A stretch of 25,754 bases of DNA from a virus (Duplodnaviria > Caudoviricetes), in IMG/VR virus record IMGVR_UViG_3300014656_000116, positions 1 to 25,754 of that record; one strand, written 5' to 3'. A program made the position numbers and the translations under genes. Below the pieces are notes generated by a model that ran no database searches, was not told the origin of the DNA, and saw nothing but the letters and a program-made list of their open reading frames with translations. Below, in pieces: positions 24,777-25,754 of this stretch (its first letter is position 1; each line of letters opens with the position of its first letter).

Positions 24777-25754
24777 CTAGTAGACTCGTCGGCCCCTAAC
24801 ATACATGCTGACCTCGCCCGCTTGGCCGACCTTATCGAGCACACTGGAAGCCAGCATGAGACTGATAACGGTATCGCCGTGAGTTTTACCTGTAGCCTCG
24901 GGGTACCCGTTCACCCACTGCTGCTCCATCATCTCCTGTACCTGGGGCTTAAACCTGGTAAGCAGCGTACCGTTATTGACCCTTTCTACCAACTTGACCA
25001 GCAGTTCCCTCTTGTTGGGCCGGGTAAGGGCGTAGCCATACTTTTTTTCATTCATCATGTATAGTTTTGGATAGCCCAGTTCAAGCAGCTTATCGATTAC
25101 CGCCCTGCCGATACCGATATTATCTACCACAAGCAGGGGCGAGTTATATTCGCGGCACAACCTGTCTGCGTCAAAGGCGAAAGCATCAGTGCCAACCTCG
25201 TTAGAGTAAATTACCGCCACTACCTCGGCGCTTAATCCCCTTTTGCCGACAATACTTAATACGGAATAGTCCAGCCCAACCCCCTCACCTACATCTATGC
25301 CTGCTACATATTGTGTTCCGACAATCGGCGGGCACAATATGTGGATAAATCCCTCTCTTACTTCGCCTTCCGCGGCATTATCCCAGAGTGCTTTAAGGAT
25401 TTCCGCCTTAAAGCAGGAGACGGCGGACAATGGCTCCAGTGCTTCTTCCGCCGTTTTAGGGTAGTTGCCTTTAACCACCCAGGGAGTCTGCTCGTTTTCC
25501 CTTACTATGGCCTGATACCAGTTATTATCTCGCCCAGGCCTGACATCGTACCCATAAAAGAGAGCTTTGAAGTTGTTTTTGCCATCCCTGGCTTCTTTCC
25601 AGTGCCTCTTGAAATAGCTGTCGGGCTTCGTCTTGTCTACAGTAGATACGGAGATAAGCTGCCTCATCGGGTTATCAGCTACCGTCGCCCGGGTGTGAGA
25701 CAGGTTTACCTCGTAAAAATCATGGAAATCACTTTCGTCGTGTATCACCAACCC
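24777..25754 (-). CDS. terL: Terminase large subunit (5' truncated by the window)
   Basis: Walker B VIHDE, coupling motif ISVST, nuclease motifs YVAGIDVGEGVGLDYS, VVDNIGIG and HGDTVISL. Confidence 0.88.
   Translation of the reverse strand, partial: GLVIHDESDFHDFYEVNLSHTRATVADNPMRQLISVSTVDKTKPDSYFKRHWKEARDGKNNFKALFYGYDVRPGRDNNWYQAIVRENEQTPWVVKGNYPKTAEEALEPLSAVSCFKAEILKALWDNAAEGEVREGFIHILCPPIVGTQYVAGIDVGEGVGLDYSVLSIVGKRGLSAEVVAVIYSNEVGTDAFAFDADRLCREYNSPLLVVDNIGIGRAVIDKLLELGYPKLYMMNEKKYGYALTRPNKRELLVKLVERVNNGTLLTRFKPQVQEMMEQQWVNGYPEATGKTHGDTVISLMLASSVLDKVGQAGEVSMYVRGRRVY

Larger units (their letters stand above)
1..25754. mobile_element. Tailed phage or prophage segment, podovirus-like
   Basis: Terminase, portal, scaffold, P22-type coat and short-tail genes; no host housekeeping genes, integrase or att site visible in the window. 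Confidence 0.9.

Noticed and set aside
7625-24779. Genome-wide TAG reassignment (alternative genetic code)
   Set aside because: Other TAG stops (9870, 24777) end genes at sensible places and are out of frame with the next gene; long ORFs are intact under the standard code.
4930-25064. Many plus-strand ORFs of 60-197 aa (e.g. 18533-19111, 22963-23556) and nested minus-strand ORFs (e.g. 16153-16422, 13066-13296)
   Set aside because: They are shadows of well-supported genes, with no recognisable motifs or convincing RBS.
1-25754. CRISPR array, tRNA, diversity-generating retroelement, integrase or att site
   Set aside because: No spaced repeats, cloverleaf, reverse transcriptase, template/variable repeat pair or recombinase was seen, and intergenic gaps are all short.

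Overview
This window is part of a tailed dsDNA bacteriophage or prophage genome with a podovirus-like gene set (P22-type coat, no tail tube or tape measure seen). Positions 1-2504 (+) hold the end of an early or DNA-metabolism arm: DUF1643, a radical SAM enzyme, a C5-cytosine methyltransferase, a Zn-ribbon protein and a ribbon-helix-helix regulator. This arm meets a long late arm on the minus strand with no gap. The late arm reads: terminase large subunit (partial), portal, putative ejection proteins (88, 373 and 1563 aa), scaffold, P22-like coat, a GT4 glycosyltransferase-methyltransferase fusion, an HddA-like GHMP sugar kinase, a duplicated-domain protein, a holin-like protein, a membrane-anchored beta-helix/LamG protein, adaptor, nozzle, DUF559/Vsr-like nuclease, DUF3008, a Ser/His-type S26 peptidase and small proteins. 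The most interesting items are a glycosylation/methylation/phosphorylation cassette directly behind the capsid gene, and a candidate lysis module with no recognisable peptidoglycan hydrolase. Also notable are an identical GGTGAATTATG element at the start of three consecutive genes, very strong GATC avoidance, repeated extended -10 promoters and a probable ATA start codon. All family calls come from motif recognition by eye; no database search was run.
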